DNA from: an uncultured Klebsiella sp.
GTDB taxonomy: Bacteria > Planctomycetota > Phycisphaerae > Phycisphaerales > SM1A02
Direction of reading: 5' to 3'
DNA: 62,804 bases
NCBI GenBank assembly: GCA_964393015.1
Contig: CAYMSD010000007.1
Span: forward strand, 1 to 62,804
Program-made: the position numbers and the translations under genes
In this document: one piece after another, positions 1-7,199 of the stretch
Layout: each line of letters begins with the position of its first letter
Numbering within the stretch: position 1 is the stretch's first letter
Notes under the pieces: generated by a model
Seen by the model: the letters and a program-made list of their open reading frames with translations, nothing else
The model's database searches: none
Told to the model about the DNA's origin: nothing

Positions 1-55
1 GCCACCCTCTCCGTGAACAAAAAAGCCCGCGCTCGCCGAAGGCGACCGCGGGTTT
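1..55. repeat. Copy 1 (cut by the window edge) of a 161-nt-period tandem repeat
   Basis: Positions 1..55 are identical to 162..216. The copy contains CCACCCTCTCCG (reverse complement of the tRNA-Ser 3' acceptor/T-stem at 225..236), followed by an A6 run, a GC hairpin and a T-run. Confidence 0.9.
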
Positions 56-56
56 C
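20..56 (-). terminator. Putative intrinsic terminator (second copy) after the tRNA-derived unit
   Basis: Hairpin cccgcg(c)tcgcc-gaag-ggcga(c)cgcggg. On the minus strand it is followed by TTTTTTG. The sequence is the same as the terminator at 181..220. Confidence 0.55.
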
Positions 57-174
57 GACACGCGTCCCGTGGGATTCGAACTTCGGCGGCAGGCCGAAGT
101 CCGCAATCCGGAGACGCGGCCGCAGGCCGCGGATCCGCGGCGTGGTGCAACGCGCCACGACGCCACCCTCTCCG
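57..174 (-). other. Structured unit derived from tRNA-Ser with no cloverleaf (decayed tRNA copy or tRNA-like small RNA)
   Basis: On the minus strand the unit starts with GGAGAGG, the same as the tRNA-Ser 5' acceptor strand. It carries an exact 13-nt copy of the tRNA T-loop/T-stem (plus-strand gtgggattcgaac at 69..81, matching 233..245). It has no anticodon arm and no matching 3' acceptor strand. It folds into a 58-nt extended hairpin (61..118), a 14-nt perfect palindrome ccgcggatccgcgg (127..140) and a 5-bp hairpin (141..159). Confidence 0.4.
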
Positions 175-216
175 TGAACAAAAAAGCCCGCGCTCGCCGA
201 AGGCGACCGCGGGTTT
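162..216. repeat. Copy 2 of the 161-nt-period tandem repeat
   Basis: Identical to 1..55. Confidence 0.9.
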
Positions 217-220
217 TTTG
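181..220 (-). terminator. Intrinsic terminator downstream of tRNA-Ser
   Basis: An 11-12 bp GC hairpin with a GAAG loop is flanked by A6 and T6. On the minus strand the hairpin is followed by TTTTTTG, 4 nt after the tRNA 3' end. Confidence 0.7.
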
Positions 221-224
221 AGAG

Positions 225-312
225 CGGAGAGGGTGGGATTCGAACCCACGAGTAGGATGAACCCACTACTAGTTTTCGAGACTAGCTCCTTCAACCGCTC
301 GGACACCTCTCC
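225..312 (-). tRNA. tRNA-Ser (anticodon CGA)
   Basis: Manual cloverleaf on the reverse complement. Acceptor stem is GGAGAGG/CCTCTCC and the D-stem is 3 bp (TCC/GGA). The anticodon stem is CTAGT/ACTAG with loop CT-CGA-AA. There is a long variable arm, and the T-arm is GTGGG-TTCGAAT-CCCAC with discriminator G. No CCA is encoded. Confidence 0.95.
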
Positions 313-435
313 TGGGGGCACCGCCCTTTCGGGCTGAGCGGGGTCGGAAGTATCGCCAAATCATCGTTCCGTGTCCACCCGTTTCCCGCAGGATCGGGGC
401 GGAAAGATGGCGCCGCGATCGGTTATCCCGTCCCG

Positions 436-954
436 TCATCCCCGCCCGGACGGGCTCGCTGCGGTTGGACGCGCGTCCTCAGCGACCGCGTCCGCCCTGC
501 CGCCCGTCGTCAGGAGCACGACGCCCGCGACGATAAGCCCGACCGCGGCCGCCTTGCGAAGATCCATCGACTCGCCGAGGACGAGCCACCCGAGCAGCAC
601 GCCCACCGCGGGCGCGATCGAGAAGGCGATCGGCTTCACCACGGACACCTCGCCGAGCGAGAGCGCGATGTAGAACGAGATCATCGCCAGCGCTCCCGCG
701 ACAAGACCCGAACCAAGGACAAGCTTCACCCAGGTCGCGCGGTCCGCCTCGAGGAGCGCAGGCTCCACGCGAAGCCCGCCGACGCCGCGGGTCATGAGCA
801 CGAAGACGAGGACAAGCAGCGGGATCGCGACGAGCGAACGCACCGTGATCGCACCGATGGGCCCGACCTTCCCCGCGTGCAGCGCGCTGCGCGTGCACAC
901 CTCGCCCACGCCCCAGGAGAGGCCCGCGACGATCGCAAACAGAATCGGCTTCAT
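436..954 (-). CDS. Small EamA/DMT-family-like membrane transporter
   Basis: The 172-aa product is polytopic and hydrophobic with EamA-like Gly/Ala-rich helices. It starts with ATG. The overlapping opposite-strand ORFs are Arg/Pro-rich artefacts. Confidence 0.75.
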   Translation of the reverse strand: MKPILFAIVAGLSWGVGEVCTRSALHAGKVGPIGAITVRSLVAIPLLVLVFVLMTRGVGGLRVEPALLEADRATWVKLVLGSGLVAGALAMISFYIALSLGEVSVVKPIAFSIAPAVGVLLGWLVLGESMDLRKAAAVGLIVAGVVLLTTGGRADAVAEDARPTAASPSGRG

Positions 955-1008
955 GGCGCGGATTGTGCCATGCGCGTCCGACCCGCGCGAGACGCGGGCG
1001 ACTTCGGT

Positions 1009-2676
1009 TCAGTCCCAGGCGCTGAGGAGCTGCGCGAGGTCCGCGGCACCGACGACGCCGTCGCCGTTGAGGTCGGCGGGCCCGCCTGTCGCACCCCACG
1101 CGCCGAGCAGGATCGCCAGATCCTGCGCGTTCACGGCGCCGTCGTTGTTGAGATCCTCGGGGCGTCCCTGCTCGCAGATGTCCGGGGTGCCGTTGCCGTT
1201 GAGGTCGCTGCAGCTCGTGCCAGGGCCGTACCAGGTCGCGCCCGCCTCGATCGCCTGCTCCTCGGTCAGGATCAGGCAGAAGCCCGTCGGGAAGCACGAG
1301 GCACCCGTCGGCTCCGGGCAGAGCCCTGCGGAGCACTGCGTGCCGTTCCCCTGGAAGACGCCGTTCTGCGCGGCACACGCCGCAGGGCTTACCCCGGGAA
1401 CGCACGAGCCATCGGGCAGGCAGCACGCGCCGATCGGGAAGCAGACGTAGGTCGCGCAGGTCTGGCCCGCGGGCCCCGCCACGCCGCCCGCCGCGGCGCA
1501 GCTTGCGGCGGAGAGCGTGAGGCAGCCGCCCGTCGCCTGGAAGCAGCACGGCACGAGCGCGTCCGTGCAGGTGTTCGGCCCGCAGGTCGTGCCTTCACCC
1601 GTGAAGTTTCCGCCAAGCACCGCGCAGTTCGCCTCGGTGAGGCTCTCGCACGAGCCGTTCGGCAGGCAGCACGCGCCCGCGACCTGGCAAGTGGTCGGCG
1701 TCCAGGTGACGCGCATCACCCAGTCGCCCGATGGGCGGCAGAGCGTGGGAAGCTGCTGGAAGTTGGACCAGCCCGCCGGGCATCCGAAGGCGCCGCAGTC
1801 GACCGCGAAGAGCCAGTTGCGCGTCGGCGCCTGCAGGCCGCCGACATCGGTGGTCGGAAAGGCGTTCGCGGTGCTCGGCGGCGCGACGAGGCACGGGTTC
1901 GAGGTCTGGAGGTTGTGGTCGTCGATGCGGTAGCCGATGCTGAAGGTCTGGGTCCCGTCGTCCTGGATGATCATCTGCTCAGGGTCGGACGGATCGATGC
2001 CGAACTGGATGTTCGTGCCGTTGGTGCCCGGCTGCATCACGAGGTGCGGCAGGTCGATGCCGTTCGAGGAGAAGACATACTTGAGCGTTCCCGTCGCGGG
2101 TGTGCCTTCCCAGACGAGGACCGACCACTTCGTGGTGGTGGTGACCGTGGTGTTGCTCGTCGCGAAGATCATCTCGCAGAGGTCGATGCGCAGCGGAAAA
2201 TCCGCAGCGCTGACCGTGTAGGACGCGGCCGCGATCTCCTGCTCCGCGAAACCGGCCTGCACGACGAACTGGCCGCCCTCGAAGTTCGCGTTGGTGTGGG
2301 TCGAGACGACGGGCGGGCACTGGCCGCCACCACCTGCGACGCCGCCCTCGCCGTCACCGCCGCCTGCGCCGTCGACGCGCGGCATCGCGAACATCGGATC
2401 GTTCTCGCGGACACCGACCAGCTCCTCGAAATCGCTGCGGCCGAGGCCCGTTCCACCCGTACCCGCGAATCCTGCTTCGATCGTCTCCTTCGCCGCCACC
2501 TTTGCGGCCTGCACGGCGCCCTTGGGGGCGACCACGCGCGTCGCGGCATCCTTCCCGCGCGACTGCGGGGTCGGTGCGGGTGCGGACGCCGCGAATGCTG
2601 GAGCGGCGAACAGGATCGCGGCAAGACCCATCGATCCGAGGAATCGGGCGTGAAGCGGCTGTGGGCGCGAATGCAT
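1009..2676 (-). CDS. Secreted protein with Cys-rich repeat modules and a C-terminal dockerin-like (EF-hand type) repeat pair
   Basis: I chose the internal ATG at 2676 (MHSRPQPLHARFLGSMGLAAILFAAPAFAASAP is a signal peptide), with GGGAGA upstream. There are three 6-Cys modules (CC-x-P-x-G-x-C...) plus a degenerate fourth. The C-terminus has DLNNDGAVNAQDL and DLNGDGVVGAADL. Confidence 0.8.
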   Translation of the reverse strand: MHSRPQPLHARFLGSMGLAAILFAAPAFAASAPAPTPQSRGKDAATRVVAPKGAVQAAKVAAKETIEAGFAGTGGTGLGRSDFEELVGVRENDPMFAMPRVDGAGGGDGEGGVAGGGGQCPPVVSTHTNANFEGGQFVVQAGFAEQEIAAASYTVSAADFPLRIDLCEMIFATSNTTVTTTTKWSVLVWEGTPATGTLKYVFSSNGIDLPHLVMQPGTNGTNIQFGIDPSDPEQMIIQDDGTQTFSIGYRIDDHNLQTSNPCLVAPPSTANAFPTTDVGGLQAPTRNWLFAVDCGAFGCPAGWSNFQQLPTLCRPSGDWVMRVTWTPTTCQVAGACCLPNGSCESLTEANCAVLGGNFTGEGTTCGPNTCTDALVPCCFQATGGCLTLSAASCAAAGGVAGPAGQTCATYVCFPIGACCLPDGSCVPGVSPAACAAQNGVFQGNGTQCSAGLCPEPTGASCFPTGFCLILTEEQAIEAGATWYGPGTSCSDLNGNGTPDICEQGRPEDLNNDGAVNAQDLAILLGAWGATGGPADLNGDGVVGAADLAQLLSAWD

Positions 2677-2848
2677 GGCGGTCTCCCTGAAACGGGACGC
2701 GGTGGGCGCGAGAAATGACGCGGCGATCCGTCGCCGCGGGGGCCCGATTCGTAGCCTACCCCGTGATCGCGGCGGGAAAAGCGGAATCAGGCCCGCCGTG
2801 TCCGTTCGGACACTTGGACGGTGAATTGTCCGCGGTTGGAGGACGCCT

Positions 2849-3529
2849 TCAGCGCGCAGCGCGTCCGCGAAGTGCGGTGGCGACGGCGTCGAGCAGCTCG
2901 TCGGGCTCCGGCAGTCGCCCTGGACCGACGGCACGGCACGCCTGCCACCCGCATGCGGGATCGAGCACCGTGAAGCCGTCGTCGCGCAGCGTGGCGAGGT
3001 TGCGCTGCGTGGCGGGCTGCCGCCACATCGCCTCGTTCATGCTCGGCGCGAGGAGGACGGGCGTGCGGGCACGGTCGATCGAGGCCGCGAGGAGCGACAC
3101 GGCGTCGTCGCAGCGGCCGCTCGCGAGGCGCGCCAGCATGTCCATCGTGCAGGGCGCGATGAGACAGAGGTCGAGCGCGCACGCGGTGCGGATGTGCTGC
3201 GGGTCGGCGGGCGACGCCGAAACCCAGGGCGACACGATCACGGCTCGCCCCGAAAGCGACTGGAAGACGAGCGGCGTGACGAAGCGCTGCGCGTCGCCGG
3301 TCATGGCCACGGTGACCGAAGCGCCGCATTGCGCCAGCGCGCTCACCACGGAGCAGACCTTGTACGAGGCGATTCCGGCGCAGACGCCGACCGCGATCGA
3401 GCGCCCGCCCACGACAGGCCGAAGCGACGCGAACAACCGCTCGCGCGCGGCGTCCTCGGGCGCAGTGGATGACGGCTCGCCCGGATCAGACATGTCGGAC
3501 ATGTCGGACATGTCGGTCATGTCGGTCAT
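2849..3529 (-). CDS. coaC: Phosphopantothenoylcysteine decarboxylase-type flavoprotein (stand-alone CoaC half of CoaBC)
   Basis: Motifs IAVGVCAGIASYK, FVTPLVFQ and PSMNEAMW are typical of the Dfp N-terminal flavoprotein domain. The gene lies downstream of rpoZ, as in many bacteria. Which of the five repeated N-terminal ATGs is the start is uncertain. Confidence 0.8.
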   Translation of the reverse strand: MTDMTDMSDMSDMSDPGEPSSTAPEDAARERLFASLRPVVGGRSIAVGVCAGIASYKVCSVVSALAQCGASVTVAMTGDAQRFVTPLVFQSLSGRAVIVSPWVSASPADPQHIRTACALDLCLIAPCTMDMLARLASGRCDDAVSLLAASIDRARTPVLLAPSMNEAMWRQPATQRNLATLRDDGFTVLDPACGWQACRAVGPGRLPEPDELLDAVATALRGRAAR

Positions 3530-3533
3530 GTCG
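3489..3533. repeat. Five tandem copies of a 9-bp unit (gacatgtcg / gtcatgtcg) with a palindromic CATG core
   Basis: Read directly from the sequence. The repeat encodes MTDMTDMSDMSDMSD at the annotated coaC N-terminus. Confidence 0.9.
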
Positions 3534-3572
3534 GCATGGCTCGCTTTCCCGCGGATCCAGGCGGATCGGAGC

Positions 3573-3812
3573 TCAACGCTTGCGCGATGGCGTCCCGCGC
3601 ATCTTCTCGATGTGCTCGGGATCGATCTCGAGGGTGATCTTCTCCTGCATGATCTCCTCGATCACGACCTCGAGGTCGGAGCGGCCGTTGCGGTCGACGA
3701 GCGGGCGCGCGCCTTCGATGATCTCGGCGAGACGGCGCTGGATCAGCGCGGTCAACTTGAATCGTCCGCCGAGCTTCTCGACGATATGGTCGCTCTTCAG
3801 TGCTTCGATCAT
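3573..3812 (-). CDS. rpoZ: DNA-directed RNA polymerase omega subunit
   Basis: The 79-aa product contains GGRFKLTALIQRRLAEI, resembling the conserved RpoZ core (NRFxLxxxAxxRAxxL). The gene is positioned upstream of coaC. Confidence 0.7.
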   Translation of the reverse strand: MIEALKSDHIVEKLGGRFKLTALIQRRLAEIIEGARPLVDRNGRSDLEVVIEEIMQEKITLEIDPEHIEKMRGTPSRKR

Positions 3813-3944
3813 GGATGCTGCCTCATGCCCCGTGGTCGGGGGCTCCGTGGTCGTCGGGCGCTTCGGACCCCGTGCGGCTCAGGCCGCTTGGGGAAAGGGG
3901 GTTAGTATAGCACCTCCGCCGCGGCTTCATGCCGCCACTTCTCG

Positions 3945-5831
3945 ATGGCTGCCTCCCCCACACCCCCGGATCCCGTCGATCCATCCCCGCCACCAGGCCA
4001 TCTGGCCGCGGCGCAGGCTGCACGGCTCCTGTCGAAGGCACGCCGCGGAGGGGACCACTGGCTCAGCCGCATCGGGTTGACCAGGGATCGAAGGCTGTTC
4101 CTCTGGGCGGCCGTGACCGGCATGACCCTCGCGGTCATCGCACTCGCGTTTATCCGGCCCATCCTGTGGTTCGAGCACCTCGCGGGCGAGTGGGCGGCCG
4201 CGAACCCCGACAAGGTCGTCATCGCGGTCGCGATCGTGCCGGTCCTCGGCGCCATCGTCTGCGGGGTGATCCAGTCCATCTTCCGCGTCCGTCTGCGGGC
4301 GCATGGCGTGTCGAGCGTGCTCTACGCGATCCACCGCCGACGCGCGCAGTTGCCGCCGATGCTCGCGGTGCGGACCTGGCTCGGATCGACGGCGATCATC
4401 GCCTCGGGCGGATCGGCAGGGCCCGAGGGGCCGATCGTCACGATCGGCGCGACGCTCGGGTCCGTGATCGCACGCTTCCTGCGGGTCGATCCCAAGACGG
4501 CTGCGACACTCGTGGGCTGCGGAGCCGCCGCGGGCCTCGCGGCGGTCTTCAACGCGCCGATCACGGGCATCTTCTTCGTCCTCGAGGTGCTTCTTCGCGA
4601 CTTCTCGCTGCGGACCTTCACGCCCATCGTGATCGCCTCGGTCTTCGCGGCCGCAACCGTGCAGACCGTGCTCGGCACGCAGGAACCGCTCTTCGGCGTC
4701 GGTGCGGAGATCTTCGTCGGTGCAAGCGGAAGCCTGACCATCGCCACGGCACCGGCGTTCGCGATCCTCGGCATCGTGTGCGGCGTGGCGAGCGTCTTCT
4801 TCGTGCGCACGCTGCAGGCGTCCGAACTCGCCTTCGCGAAGATCCGCGTCGCACGGTGGATGCTGCCTGCGACCGGCGCCGCGATCCTCGCGCTTCTCGG
4901 CGTGCTGTACGCGGTCTTCGCCAAGGATGTGGTCGACTTCGGAAGCGGCGGGATTCCTCCCTTCTACGGCAACGGCTATCCGCTGGCACGCGCGGTGCTG
5001 GAGCCGGGGTTCTACGCGAAGGAAACCGCGCTGCTCGTCGCCGCCCTCCTGATCGGGCTCGCGGTGGTGAAGTGCGTCGCCACCAGCCTGACGCTCGGAT
5101 CGGGCGGCATCGGAGGCCTGTTCGCGCCCGCGCTCCTCGTCGGCGCCCTCATCGGCGGCGCCTACGGAAGCCTCGGCGAGCTCGTGCCGTTCGTCTCCGA
5201 GGTCAGCCCCGCCAGCCTGGCTCTCGCCGGCATGGCGGGTGTCGTCGCAGGCACGACGCACGCGCCCCTGGCGGGAGCCATGCTCGTCTACGAACTCTCC
5301 CGCGAACCGTCGATCCTTCTTCCCGTGATCCTCGTGGCCGCGCTGGCCACGATCGTCGCCCGCCTTCTCGAGCGGCACAGCCTCTACACCGCGGAGCTCG
5401 CGGCCCTCGGGGTGCGCCTCGGGACCGGCACCGACCTCTCCGCACTTCGAAGGCTCCGCGTCCGCGATGTTCCGCTGAAGACCGCCATCCTGGTCCGTGG
5501 CTCCGCTCCCGCGAGTTCACTCCTCGAGCTCGCAGGCGGCACCGAGGCCTTCGTCGTGCTCGACGACGATGGACGCCTCGAGGGCATCGTGGGCACGCGG
5601 GACCTCCGCATCGCGCTCGTGAACCGCGAGGCGCTGCCTCTCCTCCAGGTGCGCGACCTCGCGCGCCCGCGCACCCGCGCCCTCGACCTCGATCTTCCGC
5701 TCGACCATGCGCTCGACAAGATCGAGCGCGGCGCGCTTCCCGTGCGCGACGAGAAGGGCGTGATCATCGGCGTCCTCACGCGCGCGCGGCTCATGCGCGT
5801 CTGGCGCCGTCACATGGAGGGCGATCGATGA
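3945..5831 (+). CDS. ClC-family chloride channel/antiporter with a C-terminal CBS pair
   Basis: GSAGPEGP (GxEGP gating-Glu motif), GIFFVLEV and GGLFAPALLVGA are present, with a C-terminal CBS-like region. The usual GSGIP-type motif position reads HGVSSV. Confidence 0.9.
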   Translation: MAASPTPPDPVDPSPPPGHLAAAQAARLLSKARRGGDHWLSRIGLTRDRRLFLWAAVTGMTLAVIALAFIRPILWFEHLAGEWAAANPDKVVIAVAIVPVLGAIVCGVIQSIFRVRLRAHGVSSVLYAIHRRRAQLPPMLAVRTWLGSTAIIASGGSAGPEGPIVTIGATLGSVIARFLRVDPKTAATLVGCGAAAGLAAVFNAPITGIFFVLEVLLRDFSLRTFTPIVIASVFAAATVQTVLGTQEPLFGVGAEIFVGASGSLTIATAPAFAILGIVCGVASVFFVRTLQASELAFAKIRVARWMLPATGAAILALLGVLYAVFAKDVVDFGSGGIPPFYGNGYPLARAVLEPGFYAKETALLVAALLIGLAVVKCVATSLTLGSGGIGGLFAPALLVGALIGGAYGSLGELVPFVSEVSPASLALAGMAGVVAGTTHAPLAGAMLVYELSREPSILLPVILVAALATIVARLLERHSLYTAELAALGVRLGTGTDLSALRRLRVRDVPLKTAILVRGSAPASSLLELAGGTEAFVVLDDDGRLEGIVGTRDLRIALVNREALPLLQVRDLARPRTRALDLDLPLDHALDKIERGALPVRDEKGVIIGVLTRARLMRVWRRHMEGDR

Positions 5832-6274
5832 GCGGCCCCGCGCGACTGCGCTTCCGCCGCGGGCAGCGCCTTCGAGGCCAAGGCGCGTTCAAGCGCGTGC
5901 TCGACGGCCGCGCACGCGTCGAGACGGCGGACTTCGCCGTGCACGCGCGCCCGAACGACGGGCCGGAGACGCGGCTCGGGATCTCGATCGGCCGTCGCTT
6001 CGGCTGCGCGGCGCGCAGGAACAGGGTGCGGCGGCTTCTGCGCGAGGCATTCCGGCTCTCGCAGGCGGAGCATCCACGCGGCGGACCGGCGCCCTACGAC
6101 ATCGTGATCGTGGTCAGGCCCCACGAGGCGCGCACGCTCGACGCCTATCGCGCCTCGCTTCTCGCGGCGCTCGCCGAACTGCACGCGGTGTGGTCGAGGC
6201 GCGCCGCACGCCGCGCCTCCAAGGAGGAGACGGAGGGGCGGGAGGAGCGCACGCCCGGGGAGAGAGGCGCGTGA
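5828..6274 (+). CDS. rnpA: RNase P protein component
   Basis: RLRFRRGQRLRGQGAFKRV...RLGISIGRRFGCAARRNRVRRLLREAFR matches the RnpA signature. The ATG overlaps the ClC stop (ATGA at 5828-5831). Confidence 0.85.
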   Translation: MSGPARLRFRRGQRLRGQGAFKRVLDGRARVETADFAVHARPNDGPETRLGISIGRRFGCAARRNRVRRLLREAFRLSQAEHPRGGPAPYDIVIVVRPHEARTLDAYRASLLAALAELHAVWSRRAARRASKEETEGREERTPGERGA

Positions 6275-6540
6275 GCGAGCGGCGTCCATCGCTCGCCGCC
6301 CGCGCGTGCATCGCGCTCGTCCGCGGCTATCAGATCGCGCTCGGCCCGCTGCTTGGCGGGCACTGCCGCTTCTCCCCGTCGTGCTCGCACTACTCGATCG
6401 ACGCCTTCAGGATGCACGGCGCGCGGCGCGGGCTTCGTCTCACCGTGGCGCGCCTGCGCAGATGCCACCCGTGGGGCGGCGAGGGCCACGACCCCGTTCC
6501 CCCTGCCGAATCCCCTACGCCTCGCGGACACGATTCGTGA
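6271..6540 (+). CDS. yidD: Membrane protein insertion efficiency factor YidD
   Basis: YQIALGPLLGGHCRFSPSCSHYSIDAFRMHGARRGLRLTVARLRRCHPWGGEGHDPVP is the YidD signature. The GTG start overlaps the rnpA stop (GTGA). Confidence 0.85.
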   Translation: MSERRPSLAARACIALVRGYQIALGPLLGGHCRFSPSCSHYSIDAFRMHGARRGLRLTVARLRRCHPWGGEGHDPVPPAESPTPRGHDS

Positions 6541-7171
6541 TCGCGCCGACGCGCTCGATGCGCACCTCGACCACATCGCCGTCCTTGAGGTAGACGGGCG
6601 GCTTGCGGCCCGCGCCGACGCCCGCGGGCGTGCCCGTCAGGACGACCGTTCCCGCGAGAAGCGTGGTCCCCTTCGAGAGCTCCGCGACGAGAGAGCGCAC
6701 GCCGAACACCATGAGCGAGGTCCGCGCGTGCTGCATGCGCGCGCCGTTCACCAGGGTCTCGATCTCGAGGTCCTGCGGGTCGCCCACCTGCGACGCGGGC
6801 ACGAGCGCGCCGAGCGGACAGAAGGTGTCGAAGCTCTTGCCGCGGCAGAACTGCCCGCCAGAGCCCGTCTTCTGCCACCATCGCGCGCTGACATCGTTGG
6901 CGACGCGGTAGCCCGCGATCACGGACAGCGCGTCCGCCTCGGCCACATCGCGGCAATCGCGCGCGATCTCGAAGGCGAGCTCGCCCTCGAAGTCCACCTG
7001 TGGTCCGCCATGCCTGCAGATCGGCGGAATCACGATCTCGTCGCCGTCGCCGCACACCGACGCGGGGTTCTTCATGAACACCATCGGGAGCTCGTCGGTC
7101 TTGCCGCCCATCTCGGCGGCGTGGTCTGCGTAGTTTCGGCCGATGGCGATGATCGCTGGGGGAATGCGCAT
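6515..7171 (-). CDS. Fumarylacetoacetate hydrolase (FAH) family protein
   Basis: Uses the internal ATG at 7171. IIAIGRNYADHAAEMG, VDFEGELAFEI and LLAGTVVLTGTPAGVG are typical of the FAH/YcgM family. The gene converges on yidD with a 26-nt 3' overlap. Confidence 0.85.
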   Translation of the reverse strand: MRIPPAIIAIGRNYADHAAEMGGKTDELPMVFMKNPASVCGDGDEIVIPPICRHGGPQVDFEGELAFEIARDCRDVAEADALSVIAGYRVANDVSARWWQKTGSGGQFCRGKSFDTFCPLGALVPASQVGDPQDLEIETLVNGARMQHARTSLMVFGVRSLVAELSKGTTLLAGTVVLTGTPAGVGAGRKPPVYLKDGDVVEVRIERVGAITNRVREA

Positions 7172-7199
7172 CGCCGCACTGTAGCGAAGTGCGCGCCGC

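Noticed and set aside
57-174. A possible functional tRNA (including tRNA-Sec, given an 8-bp terminal helix) in the repeat unit next to tRNA-Ser.
   Set aside because: The 5' GGAGAGG has no complementary 3' strand. The sequence preceding TTCGAAT (CGAAG) cannot pair with CCCAC to form a T-stem. There is no anticodon arm and no UCA loop. The alternative 8-bp helix (CGCGTCTC/GGGACGCG) closes only a 58-nt hairpin.
877-2718. A 613-aa plus-strand ORF, together with 479-1549 on the minus strand.
   Set aside because: It is antisense or out of frame to the Cys-repeat/dockerin protein and the EamA-like gene, and is Arg/Ala-rich. The same reasoning rejects 3927-5378, 3929-6274 (apart from its rnpA tail), 9131-11251, 9169-11847, 11715-14351, 15119-17401, 27612-30284, 30392-32137, 34667-37885, 44377-46671, 46475-48880, 49991-52429, 52619-54661, 56865-60437 and 60824-62695.
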